A DNA stretch of 64,000 nt from a bacterium. GTDB taxonomy: Bacteria > Electryoneota > JAOADG01. The DNA lies in the NCBI GenBank assembly GCA_026417415.1, contig JAOADG010000024.1, positions 11,678-75,677 of the forward strand, given 5' to 3'. Every line of letters starts with the position of its first letter. Positions within the stretch are counted from its first letter, which is position 1. The position numbers and the translations under genes were made by a program. Shown here piece by piece: positions 1 to 9,385 of this stretch. Under the pieces are notes generated by a model. That model made no database searches. It saw only the letters and a program-made list of their open reading frames with translations, and was not told the DNA's origin.

Positions 1-845
1 TCGTTGCATTGAACAAGCAGATAGAAGAGTTAAACAAAAAGATGGAGGAAATGAGCGAAGCACTTCCACCGCCCCATGTGGTTGCGAAAGGCGAATCGCA
101 TTTCCAAATTTGTTTAGATTATTTAACTAAAGAAGCAGGTTTTTCAAAAGACAGTGCAATCGCAGTATTAGAAAAAGTAGCACAATTTGACGAACTAATT
201 CCCGGTTTTTATGTATGGCATTTTATTGATAAAAAAACGGGGACTTATTTAACGACGGTTACTCAAGGGGAAGCCAAAATTTCACCCAATCAACTCAAGC
301 GTATCACCAAACGAAAAATCGCACAAGAACGTCAAGCGTTGCTTCAATCAAAATCTGAATTAGAAGCACAAGTAGCGGAATTAGAACAAAGAAAACAAAA
401 ACTGCAACGCCAGTTGGAAGCAATGGGTAAAGAACTCGGTGAGACCCAAGAACAGGTTCGTACCGTCACTGCAGAAAAAGAAAAAGTCACTCAAGAACGT
501 GAAGAACTCCAAACACGTTTGAATACTATGTACTATACCGTTGGTAGCGAAACAGAACTGAAAAAATCTGGTGCATTGAAACGCCCCTTTTTAGGAAAGT
601 TAAAAGAAGCTGATCTACAAAAAGTAGAGTACTCGAAATCTCAAGATTTATCTAAAACAAATATCGTTTGGATACGTGCAGAAGATGTACGACTAAATGC
701 CATCCAAAAGGTAACTGTTTATCCTACGGCGATGTATCAAATCAATCGGGATTACAAAGTGACTATTGAAGGCAAACAAGCCAAAGTTGAAATCATTAAC
801 CTTGATCGTTTCAAAGGCGCAAACGTAATTTTTGCTGTTCAATAA
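1..845 (+). CDS. hypothetical coiled-coil protein, probably 5'-partial (the track start at 9 is a TTG with no upstream in-frame stop inside the window)
   Basis: Long heptad-like Q/E/K-rich segment (residues ~95-175: AQERQALLQSKSELEAQVAELEQRKQKLQRQLEAMGKELGETQEQVRT...). No catalytic motif recognised. Confidence 0.45.
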   Translation, partial: VALNKQIEELNKKMEEMSEALPPPHVVAKGESHFQICLDYLTKEAGFSKDSAIAVLEKVAQFDELIPGFYVWHFIDKKTGTYLTTVTQGEAKISPNQLKRITKRKIAQERQALLQSKSELEAQVAELEQRKQKLQRQLEAMGKELGETQEQVRTVTAEKEKVTQEREELQTRLNTMYYTVGSETELKKSGALKRPFLGKLKEADLQKVEYSKSQDLSKTNIVWIRAEDVRLNAIQKVTVYPTAMYQINRDYKVTIEGKQAKVEIINLDRFKGANVIFAVQ

Positions 846-918
846 CATTGTTGTAACTTTACGAAATGAAACAGGGGATTTGTCCCCTGTTTTTTACAAT
901 CGTTTATAGGAGTGAAAA

Positions 919-1638
919 ATGAATCATTTATTGAAAATACTCGTAGTAATCGTGCTTACAATCCATATGGGCTGTAAAGCCAAGCCGAAAGAGGAATCAA
1001 AAATGAACGAACCCAAACAAGCAAGCACCCAAGAACAAACCATTCAAAAAAACGAACCTTTTGAAGTCACTAAAATTAGCAAGATTGAAGCACCTGCCAA
1101 TCAAATGCCAAAGTCCGACTCGGTTGCTATTATTGATGTGGAAAATTATGGGAGAATAGTCATTGGTTTCTTTCCTAATAAAGCACCTGAGCATGTGAAG
1201 AATTTTATCAAATTGGCAAAAGAAGGTTTTTACAATGGATGTACATTCCATCGGATCATTCCAGGTTTTATGATTCAAGGAGGTGATCCTAACAGTAAAG
1301 ACGATGATCCTACCAATGATGGGATGGGTGGTCCGCCACATCGTTTGAAAGCAGAATTTAATGATTTGAAGCATTTACCCGGTACTTTATCTATGGCAAG
1401 AACTATGGATCCTAACAGTGCCGGAAGTCAATTCTTTATTATGCACAAAGCAGCACCCCATTTAGATAAACAGTACTCAATCTTTGGGCAGGTACTAAGT
1501 GGAATGGATGTAGTGGATAAAATTGCAAATGCTCCACGCGGTTCAAATGATAATCCTTTTGCAATGGATAGCCCAAAAAGACAGAAAATAATCATGAAAG
1601 TTCATATCGTACCGTGGTCAGAAGTAGTTCCAGAATAA
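919..1638 (+). CDS. peptidyl-prolyl cis-trans isomerase, cyclophilin type, lipoprotein
   Basis: Signal peptide with lipobox (LTIHMGC). Cyclophilin core motifs FHRIIPGFMIQGGDP and SMAR...SQFFI. AGGAG-like SD 8 nt upstream. Confidence 0.85.
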   Translation: MNHLLKILVVIVLTIHMGCKAKPKEESKMNEPKQASTQEQTIQKNEPFEVTKISKIEAPANQMPKSDSVAIIDVENYGRIVIGFFPNKAPEHVKNFIKLAKEGFYNGCTFHRIIPGFMIQGGDPNSKDDDPTNDGMGGPPHRLKAEFNDLKHLPGTLSMARTMDPNSAGSQFFIMHKAAPHLDKQYSIFGQVLSGMDVVDKIANAPRGSNDNPFAMDSPKRQKIIMKVHIVPWSEVVPE

Positions 1639-1647
1639 GATGAAAGA

Positions 1648-1672
1648 AAAGGGGCGTAAATGCCCCTTTTCA
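1648..1672 (+). terminator. Rho-independent terminator after the PPIase gene
   Basis: GGGGCG-TAAA-TGCCCC hairpin (1651-1666) followed by TTTT. Confidence 0.7.
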
Positions 1673-1685
1673 TTCCCTACGATCT

Positions 1686-2468
1686 ATGAAACATAAACCT
1701 TTAAGCAAACAAGCGCAAAAAGAAACCACCTCGTTGCTTGTTAAAAAATATCGACTTCAAAAAAATCAGACCTTAGCTGAAGGGTCTGTAGTTGTTAAAG
1801 AAGCACTAAATTCCAACTGGGTAATCCATAAGATTATTGTTACTCAATCATGGCTTAAAACCAAAGAAACCCATGAACTTTTCCCACTTTTTTCAAAAAG
1901 AGGAGTGATATTCGAAACCATTGAGGATGAATTTGCAAAAAAAATTAGTGATTTGAAAACTCCTCCCCATGTATTTGCTATTCTTTCCCCTCCTGAAACT
2001 CAGAATGTCCCCAATCAGGGTTTGATTATAGCATTGGATCGGATCGCAGATCCAAACAATTTAGGAGCGATAGCAAGAAATGCTGTATTCTTCGGGGTTC
2101 AACAGATATGGCTCTCCGAAAATTGCGTAGATTACCTTAATCCGAAAGCGATAAGAAGTTCAATGGGTGGCCTTTTTCATTTATCAATTACGGTTCAGAA
2201 ATCTTTAGCGAATGCTTTAGTGGAAGCGAAAAAAAAGGGGAAAAAAATTGTCGTAGCAGATGCTAATCAAGGGACCAATGAAACCAATTTAGTTCAACCG
2301 AATCAAACTATCTTAGTTCTCGGAAGTGAATCTCAAGGTGTAACCAATTCTATTCTTGAAATTGCTGATATACGATGGAAAATTTCACCTTTAGGGCGTG
2401 ATCTATCCTTAAATGTCGCTGCGACGTCTGCGATTTTGTTAGATCGTTTACTGTCTAAATACCAATAA
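1686..2468 (+). CDS. TrmH/SpoU-family RNA 2'-O-methyltransferase
   Basis: SpoU methylase motifs LIIALDRIADPNNLGAIARNA and LVLGSESQGV near the C-terminus. Confidence 0.75.
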   Translation: MKHKPLSKQAQKETTSLLVKKYRLQKNQTLAEGSVVVKEALNSNWVIHKIIVTQSWLKTKETHELFPLFSKRGVIFETIEDEFAKKISDLKTPPHVFAILSPPETQNVPNQGLIIALDRIADPNNLGAIARNAVFFGVQQIWLSENCVDYLNPKAIRSSMGGLFHLSITVQKSLANALVEAKKKGKKIVVADANQGTNETNLVQPNQTILVLGSESQGVTNSILEIADIRWKISPLGRDLSLNVAATSAILLDRLLSKYQ

Positions 2469-2469
2469 A

Positions 2470-2676
2470 TTAACCTAATCGCTTTACCGCATCTCGTACT
2501 GCTTCTACAATGGTTTCACGAGTAGGTGTGATGCCTAAAATGCTTTTACAATTGGAACAGCGTACAATAGCCACGGTAAATGCACCACCACTGGATGGTA
2601 GGTTACGAGCTTCTGATTCAATCCCGTGATTTTCTTTACAAAATGGACATATGCCTGTAAGGGGTAAACTAAACAT
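2470..2676 (-). CDS. small zinc-ribbon protein (68 aa), hypothetical
   Basis: ATG start with two CxxC pairs (CPFC ... CSNC) at zinc-ribbon spacing. Lies 12 nt downstream of tsaC on the same strand. Confidence 0.35.
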   Translation of the reverse strand: MFSLPLTGICPFCKENHGIESEARNLPSSGGAFTVAIVRCSNCKSILGITPTRETIVEAVRDAVKRLG

Positions 2677-2688
2677 ACAAATCCTTTC

Positions 2689-3651
2689 TTAATGGGACGA
2701 TGCACGTTCTAAACGGTCATTGATCGCACGGCCAATACCGATGTTAGGAACTTTGATTGCCACCACCAATGGCAACTCCAATGTATCCAATTCGTGTAAT
2801 ATAGAAAAAAATTGTTTTGCCATCTCTTGTAAATCGTTGGTTGAAGAAAGAATACGTGTAACCATTTGATGATCATCAAGAAACTTGAATTCCATTGGAC
2901 TTGGTAAAAGAAGTCCGAATCGTTTTGGTAATGGTAGTGTTTTCAAATCATTCAAATTTTCTATTACCATAAGAGGCGTATTCGGCGAATAGTGATGTTT
3001 GAGTTGACCGGGTGATTTGGGATTAGATGAAGCCACGATATCTTCTTGTACTTTTCCTAAAACCGCTTCAATTGCCTCAGTGCTTATACCACCGCGTCTT
3101 AAAATAGTTGGCGGTTCTGTGGTGATATCCAAAATGGTTGATTCGATTCCCACACTACTGGATGGTCCTTTCAGAATGAAAACACGATCACCAAAATTTT
3201 TAAATACATGTTCAAAATGTGTAGGAGATAATTTTCCAAACAAATTGGCAGAAGGTGCTGCAACAGGACCACCAAATTCTTGTAACAAAAGTTGAGCAAT
3301 ATCATTTGCAGGGATTCGGATAGCCACAGTATCTAAGCCAGAGGTGACTAAATCCGGTATGATGGGCTTTTTTTTACAAACTAAAGATAAGGGACCAGGT
3401 AGAAAATGTTTAGCTAATGTGTTTACCAGTTCTTCTTGAAATTCAGCATAATCGCTCATTTGATTCACATTTTGTAGATGCACAATAAGTGGATCAAATT
3501 TTGGCCGTTGTTTGAGTTCAAAGATCTTTAGGACAGCATTAGGATTAAGAGCATCAGCCCCCAAACCATAAACTGTTTCGGTGGGAAAAGCGACCACTTC
3601 ACCTTGTCGTAATAAATGTGCAGCATAAACAATGTCTGAATAAATACGCAT
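2689..3651 (-). CDS. tsaC: L-threonylcarbamoyladenylate synthase, Sua5-type (YrdC domain plus Sua5 C-terminal domain)
   Basis: YrdC motif VVAFPTETVYGLGADALN. Length 320 aa fits the long Sua5 form. Confidence 0.85.
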   Translation of the reverse strand: MRIYSDIVYAAHLLRQGEVVAFPTETVYGLGADALNPNAVLKIFELKQRPKFDPLIVHLQNVNQMSDYAEFQEELVNTLAKHFLPGPLSLVCKKKPIIPDLVTSGLDTVAIRIPANDIAQLLLQEFGGPVAAPSANLFGKLSPTHFEHVFKNFGDRVFILKGPSSSVGIESTILDITTEPPTILRRGGISTEAIEAVLGKVQEDIVASSNPKSPGQLKHHYSPNTPLMVIENLNDLKTLPLPKRFGLLLPSPMEFKFLDDHQMVTRILSSTNDLQEMAKQFFSILHELDTLELPLVVAIKVPNIGIGRAINDRLERASSH

Positions 3652-3842
3652 GGGAAAAGCATTTTCGTTTCAATTATCTGCAATAGTTAAATACTATTGA
3701 ATCTATTATCCTTTTACTCTACGAACTTAAAATGATAGACAAAATGAAACAAGAAGAAACCAAATGCTATTTTATTCTTTAGTCATTTTCCGACACGAAT
3801 CAAAAAATAAAAGTGCAGAGTAGTTTCTAACCTACAATCCGA

Positions 3843-4628
3843 TTATACCTTATGAAACCGGTTGATGAGCATTTCACCGCCGTTTGGACAAGGTGCAATT
3901 TGAAAGTCAAAAAATAAATTTGGTGCAATGTGTTGTAAATTTTTGAAAACTAAAATGGCTAACTTCCGTATTTCGGGTTCAGCACCTTCACTTCCACGTA
4001 ACTCAAGAAAATGTCGCCAAGCACGTGCATTTGCAGTAACAACGATTTTGGTCTCCGTGGCGTTTGGTAAAACACTTCGGGCGGCTTGTCTTGCTAATTT
4101 TCGTTTATCTGTTTTAGTTAGGTCAGGACGTTCTTTGTCAATTTTTTCAGTGATTGCTTTAGAAAGATGAATATAAGCCGCTTGAGCAGATTCTATCGCT
4201 TTTTCAAAAATACGAAAAAGTTCTGGATCCTCTGCAATGATGTCTGGGACAACAAATTCAGTTTCAGATTCATCTACATAACGTTGTGACAATTGGGAGT
4301 ATCCAAAACCTGCTCGATGTCTAACCAATTCGTGCGTTAAGGAGCGTGAAACTCCTGTGAAAAGAAACGTAAAAGAAGCATGCTCCAGGACCGATCCGTG
4401 TGCACTATCAAGGATATGTTCCAGATATTCTTTGTTCGTTTTACGTCCTTGTTTATTGCCAAAAGATTGATAACAGATTCGACCTGAAAATTCAGACAAT
4501 TTTTCTGCATCAGAGGTGGCATCAGTATTCCATGAATCTGCTTCTTTTTCCAAAAAATCTTGAATGTTGGCTTGATGTAAACTGCTAAACGCAATTAGCC
4601 GAACGCGAGGTACTTGGTTAAATTTCAC
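3843..4628 (-). CDS. thyX: FAD-dependent thymidylate synthase ThyX (GTG start)
   Basis: ThyX signature RHRAGFGYSQLSQRY (RHR...S..RY). Confidence 0.85.
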   Translation of the reverse strand: MKFNQVPRVRLIAFSSLHQANIQDFLEKEADSWNTDATSDAEKLSEFSGRICYQSFGNKQGRKTNKEYLEHILDSAHGSVLEHASFTFLFTGVSRSLTHELVRHRAGFGYSQLSQRYVDESETEFVVPDIIAEDPELFRIFEKAIESAQAAYIHLSKAITEKIDKERPDLTKTDKRKLARQAARSVLPNATETKIVVTANARAWRHFLELRGSEGAEPEIRKLAILVFKNLQHIAPNLFFDFQIAPCPNGGEMLINRFHKV

Positions 4629-4752
4629 AGATGCTCCTAAAAACGATTTAGAAGAAAAATAAACTTTGGTGAAACCAATTTATAGAATGGAATCGAAATT
4701 GTAAATCGTTTAAAAAGTGAACTAACTTAAATAAAGAAATCAAAGGACGAAA

Positions 4753-7554
4753 ATGAAACGACTCATGCTCATTGATGCAATGGCTTCCCTTTATCGCAGT
4801 TACTTTGCCATGGCAAAAAATCCTCTTACTGATGCACGTGGAATGAACGTTGCCGCATTATTTGGATTTATGAATACACTCTTATCACTTCTTGAAAAAG
4901 AAAAACCTGATTTTTTAGCCGTATGTACAGATTCTTCTGAACCTACTTTCCGACATCAAATGTTTTCTGAATATAAAGCAACTCGTGATGTAATGCCGGA
5001 TGAATTACAGCTTCAAGTACCATACCTATACAATTTACTGAAGGCAATGAATATCAAAGTTTTACAATCACAAGGTTATGAAGCGGACGACATTATCGCA
5101 ACCATCGTCAATCTACTACCGAAACATGAATGGGAAATCATTATTGTTTCGGGTGATAAAGATTTGGTCCAGTTGTTACAAGACAATGTCCGAATCCTGT
5201 CACCCGATAGAAAAACAGCTGGCGTATGGAATGAGGTGACGAAAGAAAAAGTAATTGAAAAGTTTGGAGTACCACCAGAACAATTGAAAGATTGGTTAGC
5301 CATTGTCGGAGATACCAGCGATAATGTTCCGGGCATACCCAAGTTAGGACCCAAAGCAGCAACAGACCTACTGAAACAATACGGTAATTTAGAAAACATT
5401 CTTCAAAATGCACATACCATTGACAAAAAAGGTTGGAAAGAAACCCTATTAGAAAATGTTGAACAAGCGAAACTTTCTAAATCGTTAGTAGAATTGGTTG
5501 CTAATGTTCCTCTTGAAATTTCCCCAACAGAACTTACTTTTGGACCTTTTAGCGGTGACGAACTTAGAGATCAATTAAACAAACTTGGTTTTCGTTCTAT
5601 CTTAAAAAAGGTAATGTGCAATGAGAGTTCGTCTCATCAAGAACAAAGAAATTATCAACTGATTACTACGATTTCCCAGTTGGATGAAGTAATCCAACAG
5701 CTGGAACAGGCAAATATCGCAGCCATTGATACTGAAACCACAAGTGCAGATCCTAACCGTGCAATCTTAGTAGCAATTTCAATAAGTGTGAATGAAAGGC
5801 AAGGGTGGTGCATTCACCTTCCTTCTTTTCAAAATGAGAATCTTGGTCAACAACATGCTTCAAATGAAAACTTTTTAGAAGCACTTTTCCAAGAAAATTA
5901 TGAAGCGGTAAAAATTGACCCATCTGATCCGTATCCTGCACAAAGATTGGTTTTAACCAAATTAAAACCTTGGTTGGAAAACGAATCCAAACTTAAATGT
6001 GGTCAAAACATCAAGTATGACCACATTGTACTTTCTCGCGCTGGAATAGAGGTAAAAGGATGGGCAGCGGATACAATGTTAATGAGTTATCTTATAGATC
6101 CCCTAAGTAGAAGTCACGGCTTGGATGTTCTTTCGCAAAAGTATTTATCCTTACCAAAAATTCCGATTACTGCTTTACTCAATAGCGGAAAATCACCAAA
6201 GACAATGGACCAAGTACCTAAGGAGTTGTTGGTCAATTATGCTTGTGAAGATGCGGATTACACCAGAAGATTATTTTTCATTCTTAAAGAAAAACTAATT
6301 GAACAGGATTTGCAGAAACTGCATGATGAAATAGAATTGCCATTGGCTTTAGTATTAGCGAAAATGGAAATTGTAGGGATAAAAGTTGATCGAGAGGTAC
6401 TAAAAAAATTATCTATTGAGTTTTCTCAAGAACAAAAAGAACTGGAAAAAGAAATTTTTAGATTGGTTGGTCATCCATTCAACCTATCCAGTCCTATTCA
6501 GTTATCAAAAGTACTATTTGAAGAATTACAATTAAAACCAGTTAAAAAAACAAAAACGGGTTATTCTACCAATGAAGAGGTTTTAGAAAAATTAGCAGAA
6601 CTCGATCCCACTGTACCAGTGCCCAAACTATTACTGCGCTACAGAATGTTAGCAAAATTATTAAACACTTACATTGATGCTTTACCAAAAATTATCCATC
6701 CGATTACTCAAAGAGTTCATACCAACTTTAACCAAGCAGTGACCGCAACAGGACGATTGTCCAGTACAGAACCAAATCTGCAAAACATACCAATTCGAAC
6801 GGAAGAAGGTGCAAAAATTAGGACAGCATTTGTCGCTGGATATCCGAATTGGAAATTGATTTCTGCAGATTATTCTCAAATTGAATTAAGAATAATGGCA
6901 CATTTATCCCAAGATGAGACCTTAATTCAAGCATTTCATCAAGGACAAGACATTCATACCTTAACCGCATCAAAAGTGTACAATGTACCCATTGAAGAAG
7001 TTACTCCAGCCATGAGGCGAAGTGCGAAAGCTGTGAATTTTGGGATGATATACGGTCAAACCGATTTTGGTCTATCTACTACCTTGGATATTCCATTAGA
7101 AGAGGCACAATCCTTTCGCAATCAGTATTTCCAAACATATCCCGGTGTGCAAGAATACATGCAGAAAACCATTGCTTTTGCTCGAGAAAAAAATTATGTA
7201 CAGACCATGTTTAATCGTAAAAGGGCTATCCCTGAGATCAATTCTGATCAAAGAGTTGCCAGAGAGTTTGCAGAGCGTACTGCCATCAATACACCTATAC
7301 AAGGAACTGCTGCAGATATAATCAAAGTTGCAATGATACGATTGGACCAAGCATTTGAAAAAGAGCGAAAACAAAATGGATTGAAAGCACAACTTCTCTT
7401 GCAAGTACATGACGAATTGCTTTTTGAAGCCCCGTCAGAGGAGATTGAATGGGTGACGAAAATGGTAAAAGAGTGTATGGAAAATGTAATTGAATTATCA
7501 GTCCCCTTGGTTGTGGACATTGGAATAGGCAATAATTGGTTGGAAGCACATTAA
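4753..7554 (+). CDS. polA: DNA polymerase I
   Basis: 933 aa. 5'-3' exonuclease N-terminus, 3'-5' exo region, and polymerase motifs DYSQIELRIMAHLS and QVHDELLFE. Confidence 0.95.
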   Translation: MKRLMLIDAMASLYRSYFAMAKNPLTDARGMNVAALFGFMNTLLSLLEKEKPDFLAVCTDSSEPTFRHQMFSEYKATRDVMPDELQLQVPYLYNLLKAMNIKVLQSQGYEADDIIATIVNLLPKHEWEIIIVSGDKDLVQLLQDNVRILSPDRKTAGVWNEVTKEKVIEKFGVPPEQLKDWLAIVGDTSDNVPGIPKLGPKAATDLLKQYGNLENILQNAHTIDKKGWKETLLENVEQAKLSKSLVELVANVPLEISPTELTFGPFSGDELRDQLNKLGFRSILKKVMCNESSSHQEQRNYQLITTISQLDEVIQQLEQANIAAIDTETTSADPNRAILVAISISVNERQGWCIHLPSFQNENLGQQHASNENFLEALFQENYEAVKIDPSDPYPAQRLVLTKLKPWLENESKLKCGQNIKYDHIVLSRAGIEVKGWAADTMLMSYLIDPLSRSHGLDVLSQKYLSLPKIPITALLNSGKSPKTMDQVPKELLVNYACEDADYTRRLFFILKEKLIEQDLQKLHDEIELPLALVLAKMEIVGIKVDREVLKKLSIEFSQEQKELEKEIFRLVGHPFNLSSPIQLSKVLFEELQLKPVKKTKTGYSTNEEVLEKLAELDPTVPVPKLLLRYRMLAKLLNTYIDALPKIIHPITQRVHTNFNQAVTATGRLSSTEPNLQNIPIRTEEGAKIRTAFVAGYPNWKLISADYSQIELRIMAHLSQDETLIQAFHQGQDIHTLTASKVYNVPIEEVTPAMRRSAKAVNFGMIYGQTDFGLSTTLDIPLEEAQSFRNQYFQTYPGVQEYMQKTIAFAREKNYVQTMFNRKRAIPEINSDQRVAREFAERTAINTPIQGTAADIIKVAMIRLDQAFEKERKQNGLKAQLLLQVHDELLFEAPSEEIEWVTKMVKECMENVIELSVPLVVDIGIGNNWLEAH

Positions 7555-7620
7555 CAAGTTTGCATTTTACTACTTCTGCATTTACGTTATTAAAAACTAT
7601 CCTATGAAAAAGGAGATATT

Positions 7621-7989
7621 ATGCCTTTAACTGCGATGACGGGTGGAAACGAATCCCTGTTTGCAAGAATACCGTGGATAATTGCGAGGCAGGTACGACG
7701 ATACAAGGGCTATCCTTTCTTAGTAGAAAGAGATGCTACAGGAAAAATTACCAATATTATCGGAAAGATGAAAATTATACCGATGCAAGGTGTAGAAGGG
7801 CTGATCAAAGATGGACGAGATGTACGAACCTATCGTGGAAGAATTGTACTAATCATCCGTTTAGGTTCATCTGAACAAAAGGAATTTATGATTTCTGAAA
7901 TGAATGAAGAGATCGAAAGAATGAGAAGAAAACAGAGAGTCACAGCCACACAACCACCACCCAAATCAACTGCTGTAACCGATGATTAA
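7621..7989 (+). CDS. hypothetical protein (122 aa)
   Basis: ATG preceded by AAGGAG SD and followed by an intrinsic terminator. No motif recognised. Confidence 0.4.
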   Translation: MPLTAMTGGNESLFARIPWIIARQVRRYKGYPFLVERDATGKITNIIGKMKIIPMQGVEGLIKDGRDVRTYRGRIVLIIRLGSSEQKEFMISEMNEEIERMRRKQRVTATQPPPKSTAVTDD

Positions 7990-8016
7990 AAGATTTGAGA
8001 AAAAATCAAAGAAAAT

Positions 8017-8040
8017 GGGCGCAAAATGCGCCCCTTTTTT
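8017..8040 (+). terminator. Rho-independent terminator
   Basis: GGGCGCAAAATGCGCCC hairpin followed by CTTTTTT. It directly abuts the 3' end of the minus-strand tRNA. Confidence 0.7.
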
Positions 8041-8041
8041 G

Positions 8042-8127
8042 CGGAGAGTGAGGGATTCGAACCCCCGGTAGGCGAAGCCTACAACGGTTTTCGAGACCGC
8101 CCCGTTCGACCACTCCGGCAACTCTCC
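8042..8127 (-). tRNA. tRNA-Ser(CGA): tRNA-Ser (anticodon CGA), type II tRNA with long variable arm, CCA not encoded
   Basis: Reverse complement folds as acceptor GGAGAGT/ACTCTCC, anticodon stem GCGGT/ACCGT with loop CUCGAAA (anticodon CGA), variable arm GUAGGCUUCGCCUAC, T-arm GGGGG-UUCGAAU-CCCUC. Confidence 0.85.
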
Positions 8128-8166
8128 TAAAATCAAAAGTATAGCGAAAATGATAATCAACTGCAA

Positions 8167-9312
8167 ATGAATGAATTCAAAGAACAGGAGAGGACGAGAT
8201 TGAAAGAAAGAAAATTTGTTCAAAGTGAACTGGTAAAGACGGATTGCTTGCATTACAAAGGTCATATTCCTTGTGCTCCACATAAACAACATAATGTACA
8301 CTGCTCCGATTGTACCCATTACCTTAAAACAAAAGGACATCTATTGGTAATAAAACTTGGAGCAATGGGTGATGTTATGCGAACAACTCCACTTCTTTTT
8401 CCAATACGAACTCATTATCCTCAGCATTTTATACACTGGATTACCGATTATCCCGAAGCATTACCCCGTGAACCATGGATTAATCGTGTATACAAATATG
8501 ATGCGAAAAGTGTGGTTACACTTTCCCAAATTTCTTTCGACAGTATCTATTGCTTGGATAAAGATATTGAAGCTGCTGCACTTGCCTCATCCTTGAAAGC
8601 CCATCAAGTATATGGTTACATCTTTGAAGAGGGTGCTGTTATCCCGTCAACAAAAAACATCAATTCATCTTCCATAGCAGCAGAGCAACACAAATGGATT
8701 ACAGGTCTTTTTGATGATATCAGTAAACAAAATCAATTGTCGTATCAAGAAGAAATTTTTCATATATCGGGCTGGGATTATCAAAAAGAAGAATACATAA
8801 TGCCTCCACTTAAGTCCTATGATTTTTCATTACCTCTGAATAAGAAAAAAGTAGGATTAAATACAGGTTGTGGGGGTAGGTGGTCCACCAGATTGTGGCC
8901 CTATGATTATTGGAAAAAATTAATTGAACTTTTACAGTATAACAATTTTGATCCGATCCTATTGGGTGGTCCAGAAGAGGATGAGAAAAATCAATCCTTA
9001 TCTAAGGAAACCGATACCGTCTATTTTGGAGTAATGCCGTTAGATCAATTTGATGCTTTAATTTCACAAATGGATATTGTGGTTACTGCAGTGACGATGG
9101 CATTACATCTTGCTATAGGTAGGAAAAGAAAAGTGATCGTATTGAACAACATTTTTAATAAAAATGAGTTTGAACTCTATGATCGAGGAGTCATTCTCGA
9201 ACCGGATCCTCCTTGTAAGTGCTATTATGCTACAACCTGTCCGTATGGTGGTTGTATGGATCGAATCTCTGTAGAAAGGGTGTTCCAATCTATCGTAAAC
9301 TTCATTGGTTAA
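8167..9312 (+). CDS. glycosyltransferase family 9 (heptosyltransferase-like) with Cys/His-rich N-terminal extension
   Basis: GT9 N-terminal signature LLVIKLGAMGDVMRTTPLL. Residues 26-50 CLHYKGHIPCAPHKQHNVHCSDCTHY form a zinc-finger-like cluster. Confidence 0.65.
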   Translation: MNEFKEQERTRLKERKFVQSELVKTDCLHYKGHIPCAPHKQHNVHCSDCTHYLKTKGHLLVIKLGAMGDVMRTTPLLFPIRTHYPQHFIHWITDYPEALPREPWINRVYKYDAKSVVTLSQISFDSIYCLDKDIEAAALASSLKAHQVYGYIFEEGAVIPSTKNINSSSIAAEQHKWITGLFDDISKQNQLSYQEEIFHISGWDYQKEEYIMPPLKSYDFSLPLNKKKVGLNTGCGGRWSTRLWPYDYWKKLIELLQYNNFDPILLGGPEEDEKNQSLSKETDTVYFGVMPLDQFDALISQMDIVVTAVTMALHLAIGRKRKVIVLNNIFNKNEFELYDRGVILEPDPPCKCYYATTCPYGGCMDRISVERVFQSIVNFIG

Positions 9313-9385
9313 CGATATGCAAAGATCATTTTATTGTATTGGTGGGAATTTCATTTTATTCAATGTCAATATCTAAGGAGAGATT

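Noticed and set aside
5076-7549. Multiple 60-107-aa ORFs antisense or out of frame inside polA (5076-5399, 5141-5413, 5753-5941, 6682-6879, 7096-7410, 7248-7532, 7322-7549)
   Set aside because: Fully embedded in a strongly supported 933-aa PolA reading frame. No independent signals.
8041-8127. tRNA-Ser as attachment site of an integrated element
   Set aside because: No integrase, no repeat of the tRNA 3' end, and flanking genes are ordinary housekeeping or envelope genes.
7966-8340. 124-aa minus-strand ORF from the six-frame track
   Set aside because: It spans the intrinsic terminator and the whole tRNA-Ser gene and runs antisense into the GT9 start. It is an artefact of the tRNA region.
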